From a virus (Duplodnaviria; Caudoviricetes): a DNA stretch of 44,037 bases. Below the pieces are notes generated by a model that searched no databases, was not told where the DNA came from, and worked only from the letters and a program-made list of their open reading frames with translations. Positions within the stretch are counted from its first letter, which is position 1. Each line of letters opens with the position of its first letter. The position numbers and the translations under genes were made by a program. This document shows positions 35,901 through 44,037 of this stretch, one piece after another. The DNA lies in the IMG/VR virus record IMGVR_UViG_3300005529_000060, positions 1 to 44,037 of that record; one strand, written 5' to 3'.

Positions 35901-36474
35901 TCAGAACACGCTGAACCAGATCAACAACGCTTCTTCGCTCGGACTCTCGCCGGCGGAAGTCGAAGCGCTCACGAAGCGCGGCGTCGGCATTCTGAATCAG
36001 ATCTACCAGCTCGATCCATCCGACGAAGTGTATGCCTGGTGGAAGCGACAGATGGACAACCTCGAGGAGCTCTCTACGCGCTCGCTCGAGAAGCTGGCGA
36101 AGGATGCGACCGACCAGGTGACAGCGCTCCTCACGTCGCTCGATCCGTTCCGTCAGTGGATGCTCGGTCTGCCCGTCAACCTCGCGCCAGCGTGGAACGC
36201 ACTCGACACACAGATCAGCGGAGCGGCGGCCGCCCTCGGCGATCTCGCGCGAGCGATTCGCGACACGGCCGCGGCTGGACAGACGAAACCTGGTGGTGGT
36301 GGAGGAGGAGGCACTCACCAACCGTCGACGGATAACCCCGACACCGGTAATCAGGGCGTCGTCGTAAACATTAACGCCTCGGTGTTTGGCGTTGACGACC
36401 TTACGAACAAAGTCATCTCCGGCGTGCGCACTGCGATGCGCAAGAACCCTGATGCATTTCAACAGGCCTTCTGA
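32935..36474 (+). CDS. tape measure protein
   Basis: About 1180 aa, Ala-rich helical, SIDAADSLNDMSKRTG pattern, glycine zipper; GTG 32935 overlaps HNH stop. Confidence 0.88.
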   Translation: MIQGVLIKVRVEGAEAIERFVGALDRVTQSTDRAAAGAEKGAEKFKVLGTTAGSAAKSIEGMTPPTTSFQKTLENLVQGGLNPAVSALAKFAGWVLPVGVVAGMAAVAKHSIDAADSLNDMSKRTGMAVETLSTLAYGAKMADTSLDSVMIGVRHMSMALEEAAKGSKEMQRAFSVVGVTLDDLRTKTPEQLFFKLADGIANVKDPTQRLAVAQQILGRSAQDLLPFIEDLANGGYGKLRQEAEKAGVVVGTDFARASDQFNDALEKAKAPLTAMAKDFAIALLPALNQTIEAMNSDSWTSWLNPLRAIREAIRGIAGAAAIAGTAIGAFLGALQNPGRNKDGTPLGFVDSLKDLWQKTKEGFMESPDLQKQLEGMFGGPVASPASSPAAPANRHVIDAAAAEAAARAAAAAKMAATERAHELDSLIGIQLEMQKVLGASSAQSELEKKINGLLSQRDAQLNAIAKMKQLTPDEKNWWTQNIMSTYSSAVQAENQKALDDAAKQFNEKWRADRQKAFQEELDHNLAALSDRGKKMLDDMRKYWLGASVEFGAAMNQQLSSALADAAMTGGKNLGQIAGQTFGSLVSSGTDKIVQKLTIGIAGLFGDSIKQTADNHWLANGQRFDTFEEASAWTKTGRGLSAAMGFAQIGMSAYASGAQPGGRTAGTLGGAAAGAGIGAQLGSSAGPYGIAIGAVIGAVVGAVGSWLGEKEAQSQYKYGAPGINALGQAYMYTPKNMQPAEVQQILERAQNTFDSVRNSYVNILLKLPNSIIPALKTIDGRFQDNPSQNYLKHLEQWLTDTLPKQIAAQFESGMRSAFAAAGMDESAFNRYLAQTKGLDPSKAVQFWTDMADGINAWNRARQEMAAVRSVVYDDVSSGQLGILAGRYKFSNGAVQETGTSDFAADVRKSGEGLFALGRQMVNLTGPDRVAAFKALGQGIQAVTDSLQSYIQQIGETIRNLRQSFDDERLAKEVERAPDKKAAADLLYRAYQNTLNQINNASSLGLSPAEVEALTKRGVGILNQIYQLDPSDEVYAWWKRQMDNLEELSTRSLEKLAKDATDQVTALLTSLDPFRQWMLGLPVNLAPAWNALDTQISGAAAALGDLARAIRDTAAAGQTKPGGGGGGGTHQPSTDNPDTGNQGVVVNINASVFGVDDLTNKVISGVRTAMRKNPDAFQQAF

Positions 36475-36476
36475 CC

Positions 36477-37055
36477 ATGCCACGCACGATCACAGCACTC
36501 GGAGGATTGGAGAGCGGCGCCGCGCAGATTCCTGTTTCGCTCGTGCGCCTCGAGATCCCGGGCGCTGAGAAACGGATGCACGATCTCGACGTTACGCTCT
36601 ATCTCAACCCGTCGACAAATGCCGTGAGCATCGCGCCGGGCGCAGGCCTTCTCGACTTCACGCCGTACGCGGGCCTGTCGGTTCCACAGATCGAGCTCGG
36701 TGAGGAGGAGCCGCTCGGGCAGGTCAGCATCAACGTCTCGAATGTCGACGAGGCGTGGTTCACGATCATGGCGGCGAATGCGTACAGAGAGACGCCGGCC
36801 ACCATCTGGCAGGGCAATCTGTCGCTCTCGCCGGGCACGAATCCGAACGCCGTCACCTTTCAGGGAGTAGTCACGATGTGGGCGGGAAAGCTCGTGCATG
36901 TTCAAGCGACGCGCGAGATCGCGACGCTACAGTTCGAGCCGCCGGATCCCTTCAACATGACGCTGCCGTGGCGGACGTACGGACCGCCGGGCTTCACGAA
37001 GCTCCCCGTCGCAGGTACGAAGATCGTGTGGGGTTACACGGAGAAGACAGTCTGA
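36477..37055 (+). CDS. minor tail / tail-tip protein
   Basis: Follows tape measure gene; INVSNVD, TIWQG, LPWRTY, IVWG. Confidence 0.65.
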   Translation: MPRTITALGGLESGAAQIPVSLVRLEIPGAEKRMHDLDVTLYLNPSTNAVSIAPGAGLLDFTPYAGLSVPQIELGEEEPLGQVSINVSNVDEAWFTIMAANAYRETPATIWQGNLSLSPGTNPNAVTFQGVVTMWAGKLVHVQATREIATLQFEPPDPFNMTLPWRTYGPPGFTKLPVAGTKIVWGYTEKTV

Positions 37056-37690
37056 TGCCGCCGACATACGACTCGACGTGGCTGCCGGACTTCATTGGAC
37101 AGACATGGGATCGTCGACGAGTCCATCGCACGCTTCGCAGCCCATGGGACACGGCTGGTGATCAACGGCGAAGCATGGCCGGCACGAATCTCCTCTGGGC
37201 CTACTCCCTCGGCTGGCGCACGCTTACGACTCTGCAAGCACAGGCGCTCCTACATGCGTTCGAGTTCATGGGTGGTGATGTCGAGGGGATGAATTTCCTC
37301 GAGTGGCCAAACACCCCGGCAAGCAATGTGGTGATCGGAACGGGCACTGGAAGTGGATCGCTCGCATTCGCCGTACACGGCTTGCTCTATGGCGGAACGG
37401 TTGCCGCGTCTGGACTGGTAATCACACGCAACGGAACACCACTCACGTATCCGACCGACTTCACCCTGGGCACATCGTCCGGCGTGAACTATACGGAGCA
37501 TGTCGTGACGATTGCCGCTGCCGCAAACGTAAACGGTGCGACCTATCGCGCGTCATGGACGTCTGGTCGACGCCGGCGCAACGTGAGGCTCGAGGATGGT
37601 GCGTCGTGGAAGCTGCGCGAGCGTCCCGCCGATTCGCTGCGCCGCTGGACTGGCTCTGCTGCTCTCATTGAGACGGCAGCGTCAGACTGA
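37055..37690 (+). CDS. distal tail protein-like (DUF2460-like), copy 1
   Basis: TGATG overlap; FLEW..NVVIGTGTG, NVRLED. Confidence 0.6.
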   Translation: MPPTYDSTWLPDFIGQTWDRRRVHRTLRSPWDTAGDQRRSMAGTNLLWAYSLGWRTLTTLQAQALLHAFEFMGGDVEGMNFLEWPNTPASNVVIGTGTGSGSLAFAVHGLLYGGTVAASGLVITRNGTPLTYPTDFTLGTSSGVNYTEHVVTIAAAANVNGATYRASWTSGRRRRNVRLEDGASWKLRERPADSLRRWTGSAALIETAASD

Positions 37691-38250
37691 TGGCTCTCTT
37701 TCCTGATGTCATCGGATCCGAGCGGGGCATCGGCCCGCTCTTCACCACCAAGACCACGCGTCTCGGTCAGAATCAATTTGCCCGATATCGGAAGTCACTG
37801 CGGCCGCGGTTTGCGTTCGATATCGCTTTCGATCTGCTCACGAGTGCACAGGCGTCATCGATCGATGATCATGTGATCGCTGTCGCCGGCGCGGGCTTGA
37901 CGTTCCCATGGTTCGACTGGTCGCCGTTCCATTGGTTGTGGGTCCCTGTGGGAACTGGTGACGGATCGACAACGACATTCGATCTGCCCGGTAAGAACTC
38001 GTCGGATCTCGAGGTCTTCACGGGAACGGGAAGCTCTGCCGCAGTTTCGTCGACCTCCGTGGGTACCGGTGCAAACGGGTGCGACAGATTCACTCTCACA
38101 TCTGCTCCTGGAAACGGCGTTTCGATCTGGTGCAACGCGACGATGAGGCGGCTGTTCACCGTCACGTTCGAGGATGATCATCAGCCGCTTACGCGGCTGC
38201 TCGACACGGGTTACTACCAGTTTTCATCGCGGCTCAGGCAGGTGAAGTGA
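37690..38250 (+). CDS. distal tail protein-like (DUF2460-like), copy 2
   Basis: FPWFDW..VPVGTGDGSTTTFDL, FTLTSAPGNG, VTFEDD. Confidence 0.65.
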   Translation: MALFPDVIGSERGIGPLFTTKTTRLGQNQFARYRKSLRPRFAFDIAFDLLTSAQASSIDDHVIAVAGAGLTFPWFDWSPFHWLWVPVGTGDGSTTTFDLPGKNSSDLEVFTGTGSSAAVSSTSVGTGANGCDRFTLTSAPGNGVSIWCNATMRRLFTVTFEDDHQPLTRLLDTGYYQFSSRLRQVK

Positions 38251-41200
38251 TGCCGTCGCCTTTCAATCGCGATATCGATCCGGTCGAGAAAGAGCACGGT
38301 GGCGGCGGAACAGAAGAGCCCACTCATGGTGCGGGTGGCGGAACGTCACCTTCTCCAACGCCGCCGGACACGCCCGTCGACACGGGCGGGATGAAACCCT
38401 TCCATCCACACACTCCCACGCCACCGAAGACGACAACTCCTCCAACGAGACGGCATGCAGCATCACCGCCTCCGGCCACGGATCCACCGCCCGTGCAGAG
38501 CGATCCTCCGCCGACAGCGAGTCCGATTCCGCCGGCTCGGCCGACGCGTCAGACCGTTCGCGATCCCAGGACAATCGTCAGCAATCAGAGCGCTGCAGGA
38601 CAACCGCGTGATATCCCATTGGGCAGATGCCTCCAAGGGCTGAAGAAGCTCTACGAGAACGCGTGGGGACCCAACGGCATCTATTACTACACGGTCGCGG
38701 CTCTCGGCGAGGGACCGATCCGCAAAGCGATTCCTCGCGCTGATCGTGTTGCGATTCCGCGGCTGTCGGGTACTGACATCAATCCGCAGGGCACGCTCTA
38801 CCAGAGCAGCAACGGGCGCGTGCAGGTGTGGGTGTACGACGGCAGCCAGGCTGACGGTACGCAGGAGACGGCGTCAGGTCTTTCGGCGCTAGATCCCTCG
38901 TTCATCACAACTGGCAGCGAGTGGAACAAGCTGGCTTTCGCCGTCATCAAGGTAACGTTTTTTCAAAGCACACAGACGTCGATTCCTGACTTCACCTTCG
39001 ACATGGAGGGATATCGGGATCTCTACGACCCGCGCGATACAACCAGAAAGTATTCGGAGAATCGATCGCTCTGGATCCGCGAGGTTCTCACGAACACACG
39101 CTGGGGACTGAAGGTTCTCTCTGGCAACATCGACGATACGACGTTCAGCCAGGCGGCGAACGATTGCGCCGTCGCCATCTTCCCGGCCACGCCTACTGCC
39201 GCACCGACGCTCGCGCTCAACGGCGCTGGCAACATCACGGGCACCGTCTGGTACACCTTCACGTGCGCGAACAGCAACGGCGTCGAATCGACCGAGAGCC
39301 CTCTTTCGACGTTCATCATCGCGAGCAGCAATCAGATCAACGTGACGTTGCCGGCCGCGGACTCGGTGACAGCGAAGCGTGTCATCTATCGAAGCGCGAA
39401 CGGCGACTTCGCTACGCGTCGGAAGGTTGGCGAACTCGCGGGAAATGGCGGCGGCACGTTCACCGACAACGTGACGAGCGGAACATGGGCGACTGGTGCC
39501 ACTCCTCCTACGGTCGCTCCCTATAACCCCAATCGTTATGAAGGTGGTGGTCTGATCATCTCGCGGCAGACGCAGGGCCGCGACTGGCTGAATACGCTTC
39601 GCGCGTCATGCCTCGGTGTTCTCACCTGGGACAACGGAAAGTTCAAACTGCAGATCAACACGAAGCTCGCAGGTGGCTACACGCGCAAGCCATTCAGCGA
39701 GTATTTCAACGGAGCGACGCCTCCCAACGTCGACCCCGACTCGATCACATGGGGACGCAAACCGCGGCACGAGCTCCCGAACGAAGTTGAAGTTCGCTAC
39801 ACCGACATCCAGAACGATTTCGGCAGCGGATCGATCGTGAAGCAGCGAGCGAGTGTGATTGCTGGAACAGAGGTGCCGCGACGCGCAGTCTATGAGCTCG
39901 CCGATGTTCCAGACTCGTCGTATGCCTCACGCATCGCGACTCAGCTCCTCAATCTCGCGTGGGACGATGCCGAATTCTCGTGGAAGGCAGACCGCTCGGC
40001 GATCGCGTGTCTCCCTTGGGACGTGGTCAGTTTCACCGGAGCTGGCTTGTCCGGACAGGATGTGCGCATTCGTCGGATCAAGAGCGACGGCGAAGACTTC
40101 GTCATCTCCGGCACCGAGTACCACGATGCGAGCTATTCCGACGAAGTCGTGCAGGCGGATGCTCCCCTCGCGGTTGGCTCATCGGGATTGCCGAGCTCTT
40201 ACTCCACGCCTCCGAACGTCTCGGGCATCGCGATGGCTCTGGAGATCTGGACTGCGCAAACCGGGATTCAGTATCAGCGCGGAACCCTGACCTATACGCC
40301 GCCGGATTTTGTTTTCTTCGAAACGGTGGAGGTCTATCTCGAGATCGATCCGACCGGCACGGGTTCGAGTTACGGGCCACAGCGAAAGTGGTTCGAGGCG
40401 CCGAACTCCGGCACGCTTACGCCGCCGATGTTCGAGACCGGGAAGTATCGGCTCACTCTCTATACGCGATCGCGGACGAAGCAATTGTCGTCGGGTGTCA
40501 CGTACACAACAGACGTTTTGGGCAAGGTCTCGCCACCGGCTGACGTGCCTCTCCTCGTCGCAGGAGCGAACTACGACGGCGTTCATCTTGCCTGGCAAGT
40601 GCCACCCGATGAAGACATCACGATGTATGAGGTGCGGCGCGGCGCGACAGGTGATCCGTGGGCGTCGATGGTGTACATCGCGCAAACCAAGGCACACACG
40701 CTGATCGATCGGCCGCCGGCTGGCAATCATCGGTATCGGGTGAAGGCGATCGACGTCGCAGGTCGCTACTCGACGAACGACGCATATGCAGACGTTGCAT
40801 TCTTTCCAGTCGGTTCGAGTGACAGCACGACGACCGAGCAAGGATGGGATGCGAATTTTACGGCTGACGCTTCAGCAACGCGCAGCGTGTCGACGCCCTT
40901 TGCCCGCGGAGGCGTTTGGAAGGGCACTGGTTGCATCGTCGCAGAAGAAACCGTGCTCGCGTGGTCACCTAACGGACCTATCGCGACAGACGCGTCGTGC
41001 GTCATGTTTCTGTGTCGGCAGGACTCACCGAATGACGCTGCGACCGAGCAAACGGCTGCGAGCCTTACGTCCGTCGGCGCGTGGGCCAGCAGCATCGACG
41101 ATCCGCGGCGTGGTGGCGCTCCAATCTGGGCACCGTTGCCAGCGTTCAGCGGCGCGCAGATGAACAGCGGCGAGTTTCTGTGCGGCATCAATGCATCACT

Positions 41201-41774
41201 TGGGCGACTCGCTGAGGTTCGCTCGCGCATCGTCGGAATCGCGGACTCGGGAGATGGATCGAGTCCCTACGCTGTCGCTCATGTCTTCCCAGTGATCAAA
41301 GTCGATACTGTGAAAACGCAGGGACCGACAGCGGCTGTAGGACCAAACGCGAATCTAGCGATCAAGTTCGGCATGCTCCTTACGTCGAACAGCCGGACCT
41401 ATCAGCAGATCGTTCAATCGCAAGCCTCACCAGCGGCCGCTGGAGGCTCGCTGCCGAGCGCTATCGTTTTCGGTGAGGTCTGGGATCAGAAATCATTCAA
41501 GATCGCATCAGGGACAGCAACCACGGATGGAAGCGGCCTCGCGACAGTGACGCTTTCCTATCCTGCTTACCCGTCTCCATCGTCGTCAGCACGATTCGAT
41601 GTGGTGCTGACTGCAGCAGGTACAAACGTAATCGCTGTCGTCGATTCGTATACAGGCGGACTCACATTCCGCGTCAAAACATACAACATCAGCGATGGCT
41701 CGGTCGCGGCGAGCAAACCCTTCACCTACGAGGTGTGGGACAACGGCCGTGTCAGCAACATCGCAATGCCCTGA
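38247..41774 (+). CDS. central tail tip / host-specificity protein (J-like) with FN3-like domains
   Basis: LGEGPI, LYDPR, LTNTRWG, PNEVEVRYTD, YRVKAIDVAG; start at 38247 or 38250. Confidence 0.85.
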   Translation: MMPSPFNRDIDPVEKEHGGGGTEEPTHGAGGGTSPSPTPPDTPVDTGGMKPFHPHTPTPPKTTTPPTRRHAASPPPATDPPPVQSDPPPTASPIPPARPTRQTVRDPRTIVSNQSAAGQPRDIPLGRCLQGLKKLYENAWGPNGIYYYTVAALGEGPIRKAIPRADRVAIPRLSGTDINPQGTLYQSSNGRVQVWVYDGSQADGTQETASGLSALDPSFITTGSEWNKLAFAVIKVTFFQSTQTSIPDFTFDMEGYRDLYDPRDTTRKYSENRSLWIREVLTNTRWGLKVLSGNIDDTTFSQAANDCAVAIFPATPTAAPTLALNGAGNITGTVWYTFTCANSNGVESTESPLSTFIIASSNQINVTLPAADSVTAKRVIYRSANGDFATRRKVGELAGNGGGTFTDNVTSGTWATGATPPTVAPYNPNRYEGGGLIISRQTQGRDWLNTLRASCLGVLTWDNGKFKLQINTKLAGGYTRKPFSEYFNGATPPNVDPDSITWGRKPRHELPNEVEVRYTDIQNDFGSGSIVKQRASVIAGTEVPRRAVYELADVPDSSYASRIATQLLNLAWDDAEFSWKADRSAIACLPWDVVSFTGAGLSGQDVRIRRIKSDGEDFVISGTEYHDASYSDEVVQADAPLAVGSSGLPSSYSTPPNVSGIAMALEIWTAQTGIQYQRGTLTYTPPDFVFFETVEVYLEIDPTGTGSSYGPQRKWFEAPNSGTLTPPMFETGKYRLTLYTRSRTKQLSSGVTYTTDVLGKVSPPADVPLLVAGANYDGVHLAWQVPPDEDITMYEVRRGATGDPWASMVYIAQTKAHTLIDRPPAGNHRYRVKAIDVAGRYSTNDAYADVAFFPVGSSDSTTTEQGWDANFTADASATRSVSTPFARGGVWKGTGCIVAEETVLAWSPNGPIATDASCVMFLCRQDSPNDAATEQTAASLTSVGAWASSIDDPRRGGAPIWAPLPAFSGAQMNSGEFLCGINASLGRLAEVRSRIVGIADSGDGSSPYAVAHVFPVIKVDTVKTQGPTAAVGPNANLAIKFGMLLTSNSRTYQQIVQSQASPAAAGGSLPSAIVFGEVWDQKSFKIASGTATTDGSGLATVTLSYPAYPSPSSSARFDVVLTAAGTNVIAVVDSYTGGLTFRVKTYNISDGSVAASKPFTYEVWDNGRVSNIAMP

Positions 41775-41783
41775 GGAGAGAAT

Positions 41784-42881
41784 ATGGCGTTCGATCTCAC
41801 AAAGCCGAGCATGACGGACGCGGACTGGTCAACGTTCGCGGGGAACATCCGTGAGAATTTTCGAGCTCTTGCACAGGGCGATGGCGCTGTGTGGCAAGGA
41901 CAGAATCTCTCCGGTTACATGGCCGCGAGCGGCAAAGGTTTCACGTTGTACGACTCCGCCGGCGGAACGACGTACGAGACGCTGGAGATCGGCTCGAATC
42001 GCACGGACGCAGACGCTACGCGCACGGCTGCAGTCGCGTTCTTTGCGCAACAGCAGAGCGCATCGCACAAAGCGATCGTCGCGTTCGACGTGTACACAGA
42101 TGGCGCCACGGCGAACGTTCGCGGCGGGCAGCTGCGATTTTCGACGAAGCCGAACAACTCGACGACAATGACCGAGCGTCTGCGGATCGATTCGCAGGGA
42201 TATGTGCAGCAGTCCGGCGCGTCGTATCTCATCGGCAACGGCATGCTGCCGTCGGGCAGCAACTACGAGCGCATTCAGATCGGCTATCTGTCGAATGTCG
42301 CGAAAATCTTCGCGGAGGCCGCTGGAACGGGCACCGCCAGAAACCTGCAGCTGACGACAGGGGCGAACACCGGAATCGTCGTCGATACCGCCGGCAACGT
42401 CGGCATTAATGTCTCTTCGCTCTCGGCGCGACTCACCGTCGGGGCGGGCGGCACCGGGACCAACACCGAGGAGCTCCGAATCGCTTCCGGCAACGGAACG
42501 GGTGGTGTGCCGTACATCACCTTCTACAAGAACGCGACGCGGAAGGGATACGTCGGAACAGAAGCGACGGGCGGTGGTCAGCTGGTCGTGAACGGCGCTT
42601 CGGACGACCTCGTCATCGGCAGCGTGCAGCGCATGCTTTTCACGGCCGACAACGGCTCGAACATCATGGGTCAGCTGAGCGCTGCAGGATCGTGGGTGTT
42701 CGGCAAGCTCGCCGCGCTCACGACGACGGCAACCGATGGTTTCGTTTACGTCCCGACGAGCGCGGGCGCGCCGACTGGCGTTCCGACGGGATTCACCGGC
42801 AAGGTAGCGATGGAGTACGACACCACAAACAACCGCCTCTATGTCTATAACGGAGCATGGAAAAGCGTAGTGTTAGCCTGA
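41784..42881 (+). CDS. tail fibre protein
   Basis: GQLRFSTK, ERLRIDSQG, GNVGI repeats, GAPTGVP...YDTTNNRLYVYNGAWKS terminus; GAGGAG RBS. Confidence 0.8.
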   Translation: MAFDLTKPSMTDADWSTFAGNIRENFRALAQGDGAVWQGQNLSGYMAASGKGFTLYDSAGGTTYETLEIGSNRTDADATRTAAVAFFAQQQSASHKAIVAFDVYTDGATANVRGGQLRFSTKPNNSTTMTERLRIDSQGYVQQSGASYLIGNGMLPSGSNYERIQIGYLSNVAKIFAEAAGTGTARNLQLTTGANTGIVVDTAGNVGINVSSLSARLTVGAGGTGTNTEELRIASGNGTGGVPYITFYKNATRKGYVGTEATGGGQLVVNGASDDLVIGSVQRMLFTADNGSNIMGQLSAAGSWVFGKLAALTTTATDGFVYVPTSAGAPTGVPTGFTGKVAMEYDTTNNRLYVYNGAWKSVVLA

Positions 42882-43420
42882 TGAAAAAGTGCGCTTCGTG
42901 CCAATGTGAGTTGTCTTTTGACGAGTTCCATCGCGACAAGAATCGCCGCGACGGAAGATCTCCGTACTGCAAGGACTGTGTTCGCAATTATCAGCGATCG
43001 AGGGGTCACGCTGAACGCGCCCGCTATTCGCAGCGTGAACGGCGCGCATCGAATCCAGAGCTCGTGCGAACCAAAGCACGTATTGACGCGCGGAACCGAC
43101 GGCTTCGACTTCTCGGCATCAGCGAGCGTGATTTCGAGACCATCATTGGACGTCAAGGATCGCGCTGCTGGATCTGTCGAAGGAACAGACAGCCATTCCC
43201 ACACGATCTAGTAGTCGATCACGACCATGTAACGGGTGAAGTCAGAGGTGCTCTGTGCAGGTCGTGTAATTCGGCGATCGGATTGCTCGGTGACGATGCC
43301 ACGCTGTTACAACGAGCGATCGAATATCTCAACGGCGCGTGGAAGAGCACGAAAGGATGCACCATTGAGCAGAGTACGCAGCATCAAACGACAGGCGAGC
43401 CGCGACGTTCCGAAGTATGA
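42881..43420 (+). CDS. endonuclease VII-like (HNH fold) endonuclease
   Basis: KKCASC..FHRDK...CKDC; QGSRCWIC, LVVDHDHVTGEVRGALCRSCNSAIGLLGDD. Confidence 0.88.
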   Translation: MKKCASCQCELSFDEFHRDKNRRDGRSPYCKDCVRNYQRSRGHAERARYSQRERRASNPELVRTKARIDARNRRLRLLGISERDFETIIGRQGSRCWICRRNRQPFPHDLVVDHDHVTGEVRGALCRSCNSAIGLLGDDATLLQRAIEYLNGAWKSTKGCTIEQSTQHQTTGEPRRSEV

Positions 43421-43673
43421 GCCGATTACGGCGGCGCATCCGGCCATGAACGTGGGGCTCCTTCGCCGCATCCTGCCGCCTGGCATTCCGATCGATCCTC
43501 ACGTGCTCTTGCGCGTGGCCGAGCTCCTTCGCTCGCATCCGCTGAGCACGATCGGTATGACGCTCGCCGAGGAGCTGCAGGTGTACGTAGATAAGGCTGT
43601 TCTCGACGCGCAGAAGCACGAAGCGGTGCAGTCAATAATCCGCGGAGTACTCGCGGAGCAACCAGCGCCCTGA
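43365..43673 (+). CDS. hypothetical protein, possible fibre chaperone
   Basis: TTG 43365 preceded by AAAGGA; start uncertain (ATG near 43446 is an alternative). Confidence 0.5.
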   Translation: MSRVRSIKRQASRDVPKYEPITAAHPAMNVGLLRRILPPGIPIDPHVLLRVAELLRSHPLSTIGMTLAEELQVYVDKAVLDAQKHEAVQSIIRGVLAEQPAP

Positions 43674-43678
43674 TCTCT

Positions 43679-44037
43679 TCAGGGACGTTTCGAAGTCGGC
43701 TTTCTTTGGCTGCGATTCAGCTTCGCCCCGACGTCTTGTGCGCCTGACAGATCGATCCGGATGTAATGCTTTCGTGTGATCGCCGCCGCGCGAGGAGCGC
43801 GAGGCTGCACGATCTCGAGCGACTCGTGTCCGACGATCTTTGACACGATATCGCCGGGGATGCCGGCAGAGAGCATCCTCGTGACCGCCGTTCCTTTGAG
43901 ATCATGGAATCGGAGGTTTTTCACCTTCGCTTGACGCTTCGCGCCGTTCCACGCGGTGTCCACATTCCCGCCGACCTTGAGACCGAAGAGCGACGGCTCG
44001 TGCGGAGCGCGGTACTTGCACCACGCCTTCAGTTCCT
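43679..44037 (-). CDS. int: tyrosine integrase, C-terminal part (5' end outside window)
   Basis: Open to the window edge; LRFHDLK, VSKIVGH, downstream HY (catalytic Tyr candidate). Confidence 0.85.
   Translation of the reverse strand, partial: ELKAWCKYRAPHEPSLFGLKVGGNVDTAWNGAKRQAKVKNLRFHDLKGTAVTRMLSAGIPGDIVSKIVGHESLEIVQPRAPRAAAITRKHYIRIDLSGAQDVGAKLNRSQRKPTSKRP

Larger units (their letters stand above)
1..44037. mobile_element. temperate siphovirus-type phage/prophage, near complete
   Basis: Replication, packaging, head, lysis and tail modules plus integrase; no host housekeeping genes. Confidence 0.92.

Noticed and set aside
38247-43673. Diversity-generating retroelement or invertible fibre cassette
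   Set aside because: No reverse transcriptase or invertase ORF. The only duplicate seen is the 18-bp NGAWKS copy, too short for a TR/VR pair and without amino-acid change.
602-43905. Many long - strand and alternate-frame ORFs (e.g. 1599-2549, 5311-6255, 26112-26915, 30197-31273, 34362-35237)
   Set aside because: Shadows of real + strand genes in GC-rich DNA; Arg-rich or motif-free translations.
1-44037. Apparent abundance of CGATCG/TCGA words
   Set aside because: Not quantified; can arise from codon pairs such as ATC-GAx, and needs a Markov-corrected count.

Overview
GC-rich, near-complete temperate tailed-phage genome (long non-contractile tail type), almost all on the + strand. Order: excisionase-like and small early genes; Sak4-like recombination module; DNA-modification genes (C5 MTase, N4/N6 MTase with an internal G12 tract, DUF5131, a split TGT/DpdA-like gene); primase-helicase followed by an iteron-rich origin; nucleotide enzymes and a RuvC-like resolvase; packaging, head, lysis and tail genes; and the 3' end of a tyrosine integrase on the - strand at the right edge. 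No repressor, att site, tRNA or CRISPR array is visible. Main highlights: (1) a recurring motif TGTC(C/A)CGCC-N31/32-NACRMT in front of six late gene groups, whose core GTCCCG equals the origin iteron; (2) three signal-peptide-bearing genes, one a collagen/YadA-like fibre, between terL and portal and behind that motif; (3) a possibly phase-variable methyltransferase; (4) an endonuclease VII-like gene flanked by a synonymously recoded duplicate of the tail-fibre C-terminus. Product calls come from motif recognition and gene order, not database searches.
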